A stretch of 64,000 nt of DNA from an uncultured Pelagibacteraceae bacterium (GCA_902564385.1 CACFAT010000003.1:34039-98038), one strand, 5' to 3'. Counted from the stretch's first letter, positions 1-9,224 are shown. Made by a program: numbers and translations. The notes: generated by a model from the sequence alone, not told the origin.

Positions 1-1243
1 TTCCAGGAATTATGGTATGTAGTGGTCTTTTTAATCCCTGAATACAATTAGGATGACCTTCCTCAACTCTAAAATTAGTTCCTCTATTGTGAAGAACCAC
101 TCCAGATTTATCACCTGTTATTCCAGATCCAAAAGCATAGCAAACAGAATTTATTATTGAAACTACATTTAAATCTCTGTCTACCACGCTTAAATAAACT
201 GTTTCAGGATGGTTTGGAATATTTAGATCTCCTACATCTGCACAGCCATTAATAGATATATTTTTTGAAATATTATCTATATTTTGTTCACTTAATATTT
301 TTTTCAAATCTAAATCTACAAATTCTGGATCACCAATATTTTCCTCTTTGAGTTTATATGCCTGCTTTGTAACTTCTGCTTCAAGATGAAATCTTTCAAA
401 TGAATTCACATCATATTTTTCAATACCTAACTTTTCTAATAACTTCATCATTATTAAAACTGTTATTCCAGGTCCGCTCGGAGGACATTGATGTATGATA
501 ATATCTCTATATCTATCTGATAAAGTGTCTGATTTAATAGTTTTTTGCTTATGGAAATCTTCAATTGTATGTAAGCCTCCAAACTCTTTTAAAGTTTTAA
601 CTAAATCTTCAGCAATTGATCCTTCATAAAATTCTTTAACTCCATTTTTTGAAATTTTTTCGAGAGTCTCTCCAAGTGCAGGATTTTTATTTACCTCATT
701 AAATTGATAACTTTTACCATTATTTAGCATATGTTTTCTAGAATATGGGTTATCGTTTAATTTATTAAATACGTTGCTCCAGGCGTTAGCAACAACTTTA
801 GTCACTTTAAAACCATTCTTTGCAATATCTATACCTTTGTGAAACAACTCCTCAAAATCGAGTTTTCCAAAATCATTATGAATTGAATTCCAAGCATCTA
901 ATGCACCAGGAATAGTTACTGCGTGAGGACTTGTTAATCCAATTTTATCTATATTCTTTTCCTTGAAATAATCAAAATTCGCTTTTGCTGGAGCAATACC
1001 TGATCCATTATATGAAACAGGGCCTTTTCCATTCATTTTTATTATTGCAAAACAATCTCCACCTATACTTGTGGCATTAGGCTCTGCAACAGACAGAACA
1101 ACAGAAGCTGCAATAGCTGCATCAACTGCATTTCCACCTTTTTGTAATATTCTAAGAGCTTCTTCTGTAGCTAATGGATGTGATGTTGCGGCCATACCAT
1201 TTGAAGAAATGGCATCTTTATCTTTTGTTGAATGATTATTCAT
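1..1243 (-). CDS. ggt: Gamma-glutamyltransferase family protein (3' end runs off the window)
   Basis: Manual translation from ATG at 1243: MNNHSTKDKDAISSNGMAATSHPLATEEALRILQKGGNAVDAAIAAS...GGDCFAII...VTIPGALDAW...HPETVYLSVVD (autocleavage Thr)...KRPLHTIIPG. No signal peptide. Confidence 0.92.
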   Translation of the reverse strand, partial: MNNHSTKDKDAISSNGMAATSHPLATEEALRILQKGGNAVDAAIAASVVLSVAEPNATSIGGDCFAIIKMNGKGPVSYNGSGIAPAKANFDYFKEKNIDKIGLTSPHAVTIPGALDAWNSIHNDFGKLDFEELFHKGIDIAKNGFKVTKVVANAWSNVFNKLNDNPYSRKHMLNNGKSYQFNEVNKNPALGETLEKISKNGVKEFYEGSIAEDLVKTLKEFGGLHTIEDFHKQKTIKSDTLSDRYRDIIIHQCPPSGPGITVLIMMKLLEKLGIEKYDVNSFERFHLEAEVTKQAYKLKEENIGDPEFVDLDLKKILSEQNIDNISKNISINGCADVGDLNIPNHPETVYLSVVDRDLNVVSIINSVCYAFGSGITGDKSGVVLHNRGTNFRVEEGHPNCIQGLKRPLHTIIPG

Positions 1244-1273
1244 AATAGAACTGTAATTTCATAAAAAATATAA

Positions 1274-2482
1274 ATGATCAATAAAATAAATAAAAGTATT
1301 CTAATTTTTTCTGTATTTGCCTTTGGCTTTTTTATATCAAATTTACTGAGATCAATTACCGCAACATTAACACCTGCTCTTTCAACTGAATTCAATTTAA
1401 GTGCCGCAAATCTTGGACTTTTAGCTGGAGGATATTTTCTAGGGTTTTCGCTCATGCAAATTCCTACCGGTATGTTATTAGATAGATTTGGTCCAAAAAA
1501 AGTTATCGGATATTTATTAATCATTGCTCTTATTGGAACTATTTCATTTGCTTTTGCTAAAAGTTTTGCAGGTTTATTAATTTCTAGAATTTTCATTGGT
1601 GTAGGTGTTGCTGCTTGTTTAATGGGTCCTTTAACTGGTTATAGAGTATGGTTTGAAGAAAAATATCAACAACGTGCAAATTCATGGATGTTGATGGTTG
1701 CAAATTTTGGATTTGTTGCATCAACTCTACCAGTTCAAATTTTATTACCAATAATTGGTTGGCGATCTATTTTTTTAATTATAGCCTCTTTAATTTTGAT
1801 AAGCATAATATTAATATCAATTTTAATACCTTCGTGGGAAACTAAGAGGGATGAAGACCAAAATAATAATCTTCAAAATCTTTCCCACATATGGAAAAAT
1901 AAATTCTTTATTAGCTTAGTACCGCTTGCATTTTTTAATTATGGAGGCGTTCAAGCAATACAAACATTGTGGGCTGGACCATGGATGCTAAATGTAACAG
2001 GTTATGATGCAATACAAAGTGCGAAAGGTTTATTTTGGATAAATGTAACTATGCTTTTTTCTTTTTTAATATGGGGATATTTTTTGCCAAAACTATCTTC
2101 CAAGGGAATTGACAGTATGAGAATTGTAAAATTTACACTTCCTGTAAGTTATATAATTTTATTTTTAATAGTCATAATGGGAGACAAAGCTGGTGCAACC
2201 ATGTTCACTCTTTATATTTTATCATCAATAGTAATTTCTTTAACCCAACCAGCAATAGCATTAAATTTTCCTACTAAACTAGCAGGAAAATCTTTAACTT
2301 CATTCAATGTATTTTTATTTTCTGGTACTTTTTTTGTACAATGGATAATTGGTTTAATAATAGATTTTTCCAGAAATTTAGGTGCTACTATTACAATGAG
2401 CTATCAAATTTCTTTTTCAATTTTTTTATTTTTATGCATTTTAAGTTACTTATTTTTTTTAATATTAAATAAAAATGAATAA
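1274..2482 (+). CDS. MFS transporter
   Basis: 402 aa, about 12 hydrophobic segments, MFS motif A-like GMLLDRFGPKK. Confidence 0.9.
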   Translation: MINKINKSILIFSVFAFGFFISNLLRSITATLTPALSTEFNLSAANLGLLAGGYFLGFSLMQIPTGMLLDRFGPKKVIGYLLIIALIGTISFAFAKSFAGLLISRIFIGVGVAACLMGPLTGYRVWFEEKYQQRANSWMLMVANFGFVASTLPVQILLPIIGWRSIFLIIASLILISIILISILIPSWETKRDEDQNNNLQNLSHIWKNKFFISLVPLAFFNYGGVQAIQTLWAGPWMLNVTGYDAIQSAKGLFWINVTMLFSFLIWGYFLPKLSSKGIDSMRIVKFTLPVSYIILFLIVIMGDKAGATMFTLYILSSIVISLTQPAIALNFPTKLAGKSLTSFNVFLFSGTFFVQWIIGLIIDFSRNLGATITMSYQISFSIFLFLCILSYLFFLILNKNE

Positions 2483-3377
2483 AAATTTTATCGGATATTT
2501 TCTATTATTATTTCAGCCACTTTTTATGGCTAGTAATTTAATTGTAGCAAGAGGTGGTGTTGATGATGTTCCTCCCATATCTTTATCTTTTTGGAGATGG
2601 TTTATTTTTTTCATTATTTTATTCGTCCTAAATTATAAGTATTTAGTTGATAATTTTCAGACTATTAAAAAAGAGAGTAAAAGAAGTTTTTTTCTAGGTT
2701 TGATGGGATGTGGTGTTTGTGGAATATTTCCATATATGGCTGGTTCATCTACAACCATTGTTAATATGGGAATTCTTTATACTTCTTCACCAATATTTAT
2801 AATTTTAATCTCATATTTTCTTTTTAAAGATAAGATAAATATTTTCCAATTTATTGGCTTACTTTTTTGTCTAGTTGGAGTGTTTGCTGTAATTTTAAAG
2901 GGCGATATCAATTTACTTCTTGAATTAAAATTTGCTTCTGGAGATTTTTGGATGTTAGGAGCAGCATTAGGCTGGGCAATTTATACAGTTATGCTTTTTC
3001 AATGGAATTCAGAACTTAAATTTTTTCCAAGACTAACAATTATATCTTTCTTTGGTTTTTTATCTATTTTGCCTTTTTATTTTATAGAGCATTTTTATTT
3101 TGAAAAAACTTTATTTAATGAAGAATTTTATTATTGGATTTTGTTTGCAGCAATTTCTCCAGGTATAATCGCTTTCTCACTATACACATTAACTATTAAA
3201 TATTTAGGACCATCAACAACTGGTTTCACGCTATACCTCTATACAATTTATGGAGCTTTTTATGGAATAATATTTTTTTCAGAGATTTTGGAAAATTATC
3301 ATTTAATAGGTACCATATTTGTGTTTTTTGGTATTTATTTGGTAAGAAGAAAAAGTAAAAATGAAATTAAAGCCTAA
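2475..3377 (+). CDS. DMT/EamA family transporter
   Basis: 300 aa, about 10 TM segments with two EamA-like halves (PPISLSFWRW, GDFWMLGAALGWAIYT). Confidence 0.88.
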   Translation: MNKNFIGYFLLLFQPLFMASNLIVARGGVDDVPPISLSFWRWFIFFIILFVLNYKYLVDNFQTIKKESKRSFFLGLMGCGVCGIFPYMAGSSTTIVNMGILYTSSPIFIILISYFLFKDKINIFQFIGLLFCLVGVFAVILKGDINLLLELKFASGDFWMLGAALGWAIYTVMLFQWNSELKFFPRLTIISFFGFLSILPFYFIEHFYFEKTLFNEEFYYWILFAAISPGIIAFSLYTLTIKYLGPSTTGFTLYLYTIYGAFYGIIFFSEILENYHLIGTIFVFFGIYLVRRKSKNEIKA

Positions 3378-4173
3378 AATGTTATTTGCAAAAATTCTGT
3401 TTTATATTTTTATTATTTACTTTGTAGTTTCTCTAATAGTTTATTTTTATCAAAGAAAATTATTATACCATCCTGGAGAAAATAATTATTTAGATGAGGG
3501 ACCTCTATCTCACAAAATCGAAAAAGTAACTATTCAATCTGATAATGATCTAGTTGGATGGTATTACAAAAAAAATAATAACTCTAAAACTTTGCTTTTT
3601 TTTCACGGAAATGCTGGAAAATTAGATAATAGAATTTATAAACTAAATGAGTTTGCAGATTTAGATTTAAACTATTTAATTTTTGCATATAGAGGCTTTA
3701 GTGGAAACAAAGGCAAACCAACAGAAATTGGACTTTACAAAGATGCAATTAAAGCCAAGGAATGGCTTAATCAAAACAATATAGAAGATAAAGATATTGT
3801 TCTCTATGGAGAGTCTCTTGGCACTGCTGTAGCAATAGAGACCGCAAGTAACAATTTATTTGCAGGTATAATATTAGAGTCCCCATTTACATCCATGGAG
3901 ATTTTGGCACAAAAATATTACCCATATCTTCCTGCAAAAATTATTTTAAAAGATAAATACAAATCCATTGAAAAAATTAACAAAATAAAGTTTCCCATGC
4001 ATGTGATGCACGGGAAAAAGGATAATATTGTGCCATTTTATATGGGTGAAGAAATATTTAATAAATATGGTGGAGTTAAGTCAAATTATTTTAATGACAA
4101 CGATGATCATATGATGGAATTTAATAAAGCTTTAATTCAATCAATCGATAATTTTATAAAAAGTTTAAATTAA
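3361..4173 (+). CDS. Membrane-anchored alpha/beta hydrolase (Bem46/ABHD13-like)
   Basis: N-terminal TM helix, FHGNAG, nucleophile elbow GESLG, HGKKDNIVP Asp and C-terminal His. Confidence 0.88.
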   Translation: MKLKPKMLFAKILFYIFIIYFVVSLIVYFYQRKLLYHPGENNYLDEGPLSHKIEKVTIQSDNDLVGWYYKKNNNSKTLLFFHGNAGKLDNRIYKLNEFADLDLNYLIFAYRGFSGNKGKPTEIGLYKDAIKAKEWLNQNNIEDKDIVLYGESLGTAVAIETASNNLFAGIILESPFTSMEILAQKYYPYLPAKIILKDKYKSIEKINKIKFPMHVMHGKKDNIVPFYMGEEIFNKYGGVKSNYFNDNDDHMMEFNKALIQSIDNFIKSLN

Positions 4174-4221
4174 GACATAATTTAAACAAATCCACATCAC
4201 TTTTAAATTATAATTTTAGAT

Positions 4222-4785
4222 ATGTTTAAATTTCTTTTATTACTTTTTTTATTAATATTGCCAACAAAACTTAGTTCAGAAATAAATAATGAGTACTATG
4301 ATAACAATTATTTCCATATTGGAAAAATGAACTCTTACAATAGCGAGTTCACTCTATATTTTAAAACACGGAAGAAAGCTATTTTAGCAAAGGGAGAATT
4401 TTCTAATTATATCAATGATTTTCCACAGGACTTATACTTATATGATAAAAATTTAAATAAAGATTACCCTTTGATTTCATATGACTGGTTTCCAAAAAAA
4501 GTAAAAAAAATTTCAAAAAAATATAATTACCCACTTTTCCCAGAGGATTTTGCTTACTATTTATTAAATGACAACAACACTTTAATTTTGATAAGTGCAA
4601 AAAAAAATTTTTATGAAAATTTAAAATATGACATAAAAAATAATAAGCTAGAAATTGCTAATACTTCTGGCAAATTAAATTTTATAATCTCTTCTTATGC
4701 TGAAAACTGTGGTTATAAATCTCTAAAAAATAATTTTGAGTGTAACATCTATAAACCTTTAATCTCTAAAAATTTGCTTAATTAA
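4222..4785 (+). CDS. Hypothetical exported protein
   Basis: 187 aa ORF filling the gap, signal-peptide-like N-terminus, TATAAT 7 nt upstream of ATG; no recognisable family. Confidence 0.65.
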   Translation: MFKFLLLLFLLILPTKLSSEINNEYYDNNYFHIGKMNSYNSEFTLYFKTRKKAILAKGEFSNYINDFPQDLYLYDKNLNKDYPLISYDWFPKKVKKISKKYNYPLFPEDFAYYLLNDNNTLILISAKKNFYENLKYDIKNNKLEIANTSGKLNFIISSYAENCGYKSLKNNFECNIYKPLISKNLLN

Positions 4786-5695
4786 CTTGGGTAAAAGCAC
4801 TTGCAAACTTCTCAGCTTCAAATATTTGTAAGTCATCCTCTTTTTCTCCGAGCCCGAGACCAACAATAGGTACTTTATATTTCTTTGAAATCGCAATCAA
4901 TATTCCACCTTTTGCAGTTCCATCAAGTTTTGTCATTATGATGCCTGTGATTGGAAGTAATTTATTAAATTCTTCGAGTTGATTAATTATATTTTGTCCC
5001 GATGTTGCATCTAAAACTAAAATAACCTCGTGAGGTGCTGTTTCATCACTTTTTTTAATTACATTTCCTATTTTTTTTAATTCATCCATTAAATTCTTTT
5101 TATTTTGCAATCTTCCTGCCGTGTCTACTATTACTTGATTTATGTTTTGACTTTGAGCTATTTCCATTGCTTTAAAAACAACTGAAGCTGGATCTGAACC
5201 GGGATCTGATTTTACAATTTTAGCATCAACCCTGTTAGCCCATTCTTCCAATTGATCAATAGCAGCTGCTCTAAATGTATCGCATGCTGAAAAAAGAACT
5301 TTATTATTATTTTGTATAAATATTTTTCCTAATTTTCCAATAGTAGTTGTCTTGCCAACTCCATTAACACCTGAAACTAATATTATATTTGTCTTTTCTT
5401 TTTTTAAGAAAAAATCTTTCTTTTCTAGGGGTTTCATTAGCTCTAAAATATAATTATTAAGTATTTCAAAAACTTCCTTTATTGGATCATTTTTAGGATC
5501 AATCTTTTTTTGAGCAATTATAGATTTTATCTCTGAAGCTGCATCTATGCCCACGTCTGAGCTGATCAAGAATTCCTCTATTTTATCAAGAGTTGTATCG
5601 TCAATTTCTTTCTTAACTATTATTTCTTTAAGACCTGATGCTATATTACTTGCACTTCTTTTAAATCCGATTTTAAATTTTTCAAAAATACCCAT
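4778..5695 (-). CDS. ftsY: Signal recognition particle receptor FtsY (short NG-only form)
   Basis: GVNGVGKTTTIGKL, DTFRAAA, DTAGRLQ, TKLDGTAKGG. Confidence 0.97.
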   Translation of the reverse strand: MGIFEKFKIGFKRSASNIASGLKEIIVKKEIDDTTLDKIEEFLISSDVGIDAASEIKSIIAQKKIDPKNDPIKEVFEILNNYILELMKPLEKKDFFLKKEKTNIILVSGVNGVGKTTTIGKLGKIFIQNNNKVLFSACDTFRAAAIDQLEEWANRVDAKIVKSDPGSDPASVVFKAMEIAQSQNINQVIVDTAGRLQNKKNLMDELKKIGNVIKKSDETAPHEVILVLDATSGQNIINQLEEFNKLLPITGIIMTKLDGTAKGGILIAISKKYKVPIVGLGLGEKEDDLQIFEAEKFASAFTQVN

Positions 5696-6519
5696 TATAT
5701 TTTGATATTAATTTTTTCAATTTCAGATACAGGACCTCTCATTTTTATATTTAATTCATTATCAATTTGAATATTTAAAATTCCTGTTGAAAATTCTATT
5801 TTTGAATTACTATTTTGTAGTTGATTTAAATTAGCTGCGACTGCTGTTGCACACGCCGCAGTCCCACAAGCTTTTGTTAAACCAGCACCCCTCTCCCAAA
5901 CTTTAATTTTGTAATGTTGTTCACTAATTTTTTGAGCTATTGTGACATTACATTTTTCAGGGAAAACTTCATGATTTTCTATTAATGGTCCATATTTTTT
6001 TAAATTTATTTTTTCTATATCCTCGCAAAAATATACAACATGAGGGTTTCCAACATTCACTGCAATACCACCATTCATTTTGTTTCCGTCAATATCAATC
6101 ATACCAAGTGATAGATTTTTAGTATCAATATCTTTACTTAAAGGAATTTTGTTCCACTCTAAATTTGGAGTTCCAATTATTGTCTCAACATCTTTATTAT
6201 TAAGGATCTTAGATTTTAATATTTTTGAGGATACTGAAATTTCAATTTCTTTTTTATTTTTTTCAATACTTAGTAAATAAGCAACGCATCTAGTTCCATT
6301 TCCACATGCATCTGAGCGGCTTCCATCCGAGTTAAAAAAAGCAACATCAGCATCAGCTTTTTGACTTTTGTTTATGTAGATCAACTGATCACACCCTATG
6401 AAATCTCTGTCACAAATTTTTAAGATTTGGTCATTTGATAAGTCTAAACTATTTATTCTCTGATCAATAATAACAAAGTCGTTACCTAATCCATCCATTT
6501 TAAATGCTTCAAATTCCAT
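5695..6519 (-). CDS. dapF: Diaminopimelate epimerase
   Basis: KMDGLGNDF, ACGNGTRC, VGNPH, WERGAGLTKACGTAACA. Confidence 0.97.
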   Translation of the reverse strand: MEFEAFKMDGLGNDFVIIDQRINSLDLSNDQILKICDRDFIGCDQLIYINKSQKADADVAFFNSDGSRSDACGNGTRCVAYLLSIEKNKKEIEISVSSKILKSKILNNKDVETIIGTPNLEWNKIPLSKDIDTKNLSLGMIDIDGNKMNGGIAVNVGNPHVVYFCEDIEKINLKKYGPLIENHEVFPEKCNVTIAQKISEQHYKIKVWERGAGLTKACGTAACATAVAANLNQLQNSNSKIEFSTGILNIQIDNELNIKMRGPVSEIEKINIKI

Positions 6520-6542
6520 ATAAATAATACTTAACTTATTTA

Positions 6543-6576
6543 TTGACTTTTTGAACCTCTAATATAGTTTACGCGC
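6543..6576 (+). promoter_or_regulatory. Putative sigma70 promoter of ffh operon with GC-rich discriminator
   Basis: TTGACT (6543-6548), 16 nt, TAGTTT (6565-6570), then ACGCGC. Confidence 0.55.
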
Positions 6577-6678
6577 ACTTCCGCAAAATACGGCAATTTG
6601 CGGTGTCTTTGGAAACAAAGAGATCGACACCAGTCAGCGAGGGTTCGCCCACTGGTGCGATACTTGCTGTGCGAAATT
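6572..6678 (+). ncRNA. Structured 5' leader of ffh (ffh RNA motif, cis-regulatory)
   Basis: GC-rich island in AT-rich DNA with stems CCGCAAA/TTTGCGG, TCTTTG-GAAA-CAAAGA, CACCAGT/ACTGGTG plus GCGA/TCGC, closed by CGCAC/GTGCG. An ffh leader motif is known from Pelagibacter/alphaproteobacteria. Confidence 0.8.
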
Positions 6679-8037
6679 ATGTTTGAAAATTTAACTAATA
6701 AATTTGAGGAAATTTTCTCTTCATTAAAAAAAGCTCCTTCTCTTGATGAAAAGCAAGTTGATGAGGGTTTAAAAGGTATAAGGTTGGCCTTATTAGAAGC
6801 CGATGTTTCTTTAGATGTAGTTAAGGAGTTTATTAGTAGAGTTAAGCCCAAAGCGCTAGGTCAGGAAATTATAAGGTCAACTTCTCCCGGAGATATGGTT
6901 GTAAAAATCGTTTATGACGAAATAGTATCTTTTTTAGGTGATAAGAATTCTGAAATCTCCCTTAATGCTGTCCCTCCAGTTCCAATCATGTTAGTTGGAT
7001 TGCAAGGTTCAGGAAAAACCACAACAACCTCAAAATTAGCAAAATTTTTAGAAAAAAATAATAAGAAAAAAGTAATGATGGCTAGTTTGGACGTTTACAG
7101 ACCTGCCGCGCAAGAGCAATTGAGACTTTTGGGTGAACAAAATAATATTGAAACATTGCCAATTATAGAGGGCCAGCTTCCTGCTGATATTTGTAGAAGA
7201 GCTTTAAGTGCTGCAAATTTAAATGGTTGTGAAGTAGTTTTATTTGATACCGCTGGAAGAACACAAATAGATTTTCAAATGATGAATGAAATCAAACAAA
7301 TTGAAACTATTATTAATCCTGCAGAAACTATACTAGTAGCAGATTCTCTAACAGGTCAAGTTGCTGCTAATGTAGCCAAGGAATTTAAAAATACAGTAAA
7401 TTTAAGCGGTATTATACTCACAAGAGCAGATGGAGATGGAAGAGGTGGAGCAGCATTGAGTATGAAATATGTTGCTGAAGTACCCATAAAGTTTCTTGGT
7501 GTTGGAGAAAAAATTGAGAATTTTGAAGTTTTCCATCCTGATCGAATTGCAAATAGAATTTTGGGAATGGGAGATATCGTTTCCTTAGTTGAAAAAGCTT
7601 CAGAAGATTTAGATGAAGAAAATTTAAAGAAAACAGAAGAGAAACTTAAAAAAGGTCAATTCTCGATGGAAGATTATCTTTCTCAATTACGTCAAATGAA
7701 AAAGATGGGTGGAATAGAAGGCATAATGTCATTTCTCCCTGGAGTTTCAAAAATTAAATCACAAATGGACCAATCAGGAATAGATGAAAAAATTATAACT
7801 CAAAATGAAGCTGTTATTTTATCAATGACAAAGCAAGAAAGAGAAAATCCTAAAATTATAAATGGATCAAGAAAAAAAAGAATTGCTAATGGCTCAGGTA
7901 CAGACATTGCCACTATCAATAAGTTGTTAAAACAATTTAAGATGATGTCAGAAATGATGAAAAAAATGTCTAAAGGAAACATGAAAGGAATGGCGGATAA
8001 AGGGATCCCGCCTGAACTATTTAATCAATTAAAATAA
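6679..8037 (+). CDS. ffh: Signal recognition particle protein Ffh (start corrected to MFENL at 6679)
   Basis: MFENLT start, GLQGSGKTTT, DVYRPAAQEQL, DTAGR, Met-rich M domain with SRKKRIANGSG. Confidence 0.98.
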   Translation: MFENLTNKFEEIFSSLKKAPSLDEKQVDEGLKGIRLALLEADVSLDVVKEFISRVKPKALGQEIIRSTSPGDMVVKIVYDEIVSFLGDKNSEISLNAVPPVPIMLVGLQGSGKTTTTSKLAKFLEKNNKKKVMMASLDVYRPAAQEQLRLLGEQNNIETLPIIEGQLPADICRRALSAANLNGCEVVLFDTAGRTQIDFQMMNEIKQIETIINPAETILVADSLTGQVAANVAKEFKNTVNLSGIILTRADGDGRGGAALSMKYVAEVPIKFLGVGEKIENFEVFHPDRIANRILGMGDIVSLVEKASEDLDEENLKKTEEKLKKGQFSMEDYLSQLRQMKKMGGIEGIMSFLPGVSKIKSQMDQSGIDEKIITQNEAVILSMTKQERENPKIINGSRKKRIANGSGTDIATINKLLKQFKMMSEMMKKMSKGNMKGMADKGIPPELFNQLK

Positions 8038-8051
8038 AGGAGATATAAGTA

Positions 8052-8528
8052 ATGTTAAAAATGAGACTATCAATGGGAGGTACTAAAAAAAGGCCAGTAT
8101 ATAAAATTGTTGTGGCTGATAGTAGATTTCCAAGAGACGGAAGGTTTATAGAAAAATTAGGTTTTTATAATCCATTATTACCGAAGGATAAAAAGGAAAG
8201 AATTGGCTTAGATTCTGAGCGAATTAAATATTGGTTAGGTCAAGGAGCTCAACCAACAACAAGAGTTGCAAGATTATTGGGAGAAAACGATATAATGCCA
8301 ATGCCTGAAAAAGGAAACAATCCTCAAAAAGCAATTCCTAAAAAAGATAGAAAAAAAGCTGACGAAGGTGGAGAAGCGAAACCAGAAGGAGATGCATCTA
8401 AATCAGCAGAAGCACCTAAGGAAGAAGCTAAGCCAGCAGAAGCACCTAAGGAAGAAGCTAAGCCAGCAGAGGCACCTAAGGAAGAAGCTAAACCAGCAGA
8501 AGCACCTAAGGAAGAAGAAAAAAAATAA
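8052..8528 (+). CDS. rpsP: 30S ribosomal protein S16 with repetitive C-terminal extension
   Basis: [50 protein letters not shown]; SD AGGAG upstream. Confidence 0.97.
   Translation: MLKMRLSMGGTKKRPVYKIVVADSRFPRDGRFIEKLGFYNPLLPKDKKERIGLDSERIKYWLGQGAQPTTRVARLLGENDIMPMPEKGNNPQKAIPKKDRKKADEGGEAKPEGDASKSAEAPKEEAKPAEAPKEEAKPAEAPKEEAKPAEAPKEEEKK
8404..8517 (+). repeat. 30-bp tandem repeat (3.8 copies) encoding [10 protein letters not shown] in rpsP
   Basis: Unit CAGCAGAAGCACCTAAGGAAGAAGCTAAGC at 8404, 8434, 8464 (2 silent changes) and 8494 (partial). Confidence 0.97.
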
Positions 8529-9223
8529 TGTTAGAAGCTCGTATATTCACACTCTATCCAGATTTTTTTCCAGGCTATTTAGGCCAAGGTATTTTTGGTA
8601 AAGCACTATCAGAGAATAAATGGAAAATAGATACTGTGGATATAAGAGAGTATGCATTTGATAAGCATAAAACTGTTGATGACACTCCTTATGGAGGAGG
8701 TGAAGGTATGTTAATGAAAGCAGATGTATTAGCAAAATCAATAGATAAGAATGTTAAAGATGGCGAAAAGATTATTTATCTAAGTCCGAAGGGTAAGTTG
8801 TTCAATCATCAATTAGCAAAACAACTATCTCAAGAAAAAACAATAAATATAATTTGTGGACACTTTGAAGGAGTTGATGAAAGATTGTTAAAAACAAGAA
8901 ATATTGAGGAAGTAAGTATAGGAGACTTTGTTTTATCTGGAGGTGAAGGAGCTTCATTTGTAATTCTTGATGCAATTTTAAGATTTATTCCTGGTATTCT
9001 TGGTAATACAAATTCAGCCAAAGAAGAAAGTTTTGAAAACGGACTTTTAGAGTATCCTCAATTTACAAAACCTCAAATATGGGAGGAAAAAAGTGTTCCA
9101 GATGTGCTATTATCAGGCGATCACGCCAAAATTAAAGACTGGCGTTTATCTCAATCTGAGGCTATAACACGCGACCGAAGACCGGATTTATGGCAATTAT
9201 ATAAAAAGACTAAAAAGAATTAA
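8528..9223 (+). CDS. trmD: tRNA (guanine37-N1)-methyltransferase
   Basis: [52 protein letters not shown]. Confidence 0.98.
   Translation: MLEARIFTLYPDFFPGYLGQGIFGKALSENKWKIDTVDIREYAFDKHKTVDDTPYGGGEGMLMKADVLAKSIDKNVKDGEKIIYLSPKGKLFNHQLAKQLSQEKTINIICGHFEGVDERLLKTRNIEEVSIGDFVLSGGEGASFVILDAILRFIPGILGNTNSAKEESFENGLLEYPQFTKPQIWEEKSVPDVLLSGDHAKIKDWRLSQSEAITRDRRPDLWQLYKKTKKN
9140..9176 (+). promoter_or_regulatory. Putative internal promoter in trmD 3' end driving rplS
   Basis: TGGCGT-17 nt-TATAAC followed by ACGCGACC, same ACGCG discriminator as the ffh promoter. Confidence 0.45.
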
Positions 9224-9224
9224 A

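Noticed and set aside
6598-6678. 27-aa N-terminal extension of Ffh in the ORF track
   Set aside because: Ffh homologues begin at MFENL (6679); the extension is the structured RNA leader read in frame.
6540-6851. 103-aa antisense ORF over the ffh leader and start
   Set aside because: Shadow of ffh plus GC-rich leader; no recognisable protein features.
8404-8517. Repeat array considered as CRISPR
   Set aside because: Head-to-tail repeats without spacers, inside a coding frame, and no cas genes.
8368-8601. 77-aa alternative-frame ORF at the position where rimM would lie
   Set aside because: It is the +1 reading of the rpsP tandem repeat and has no RimM similarity.
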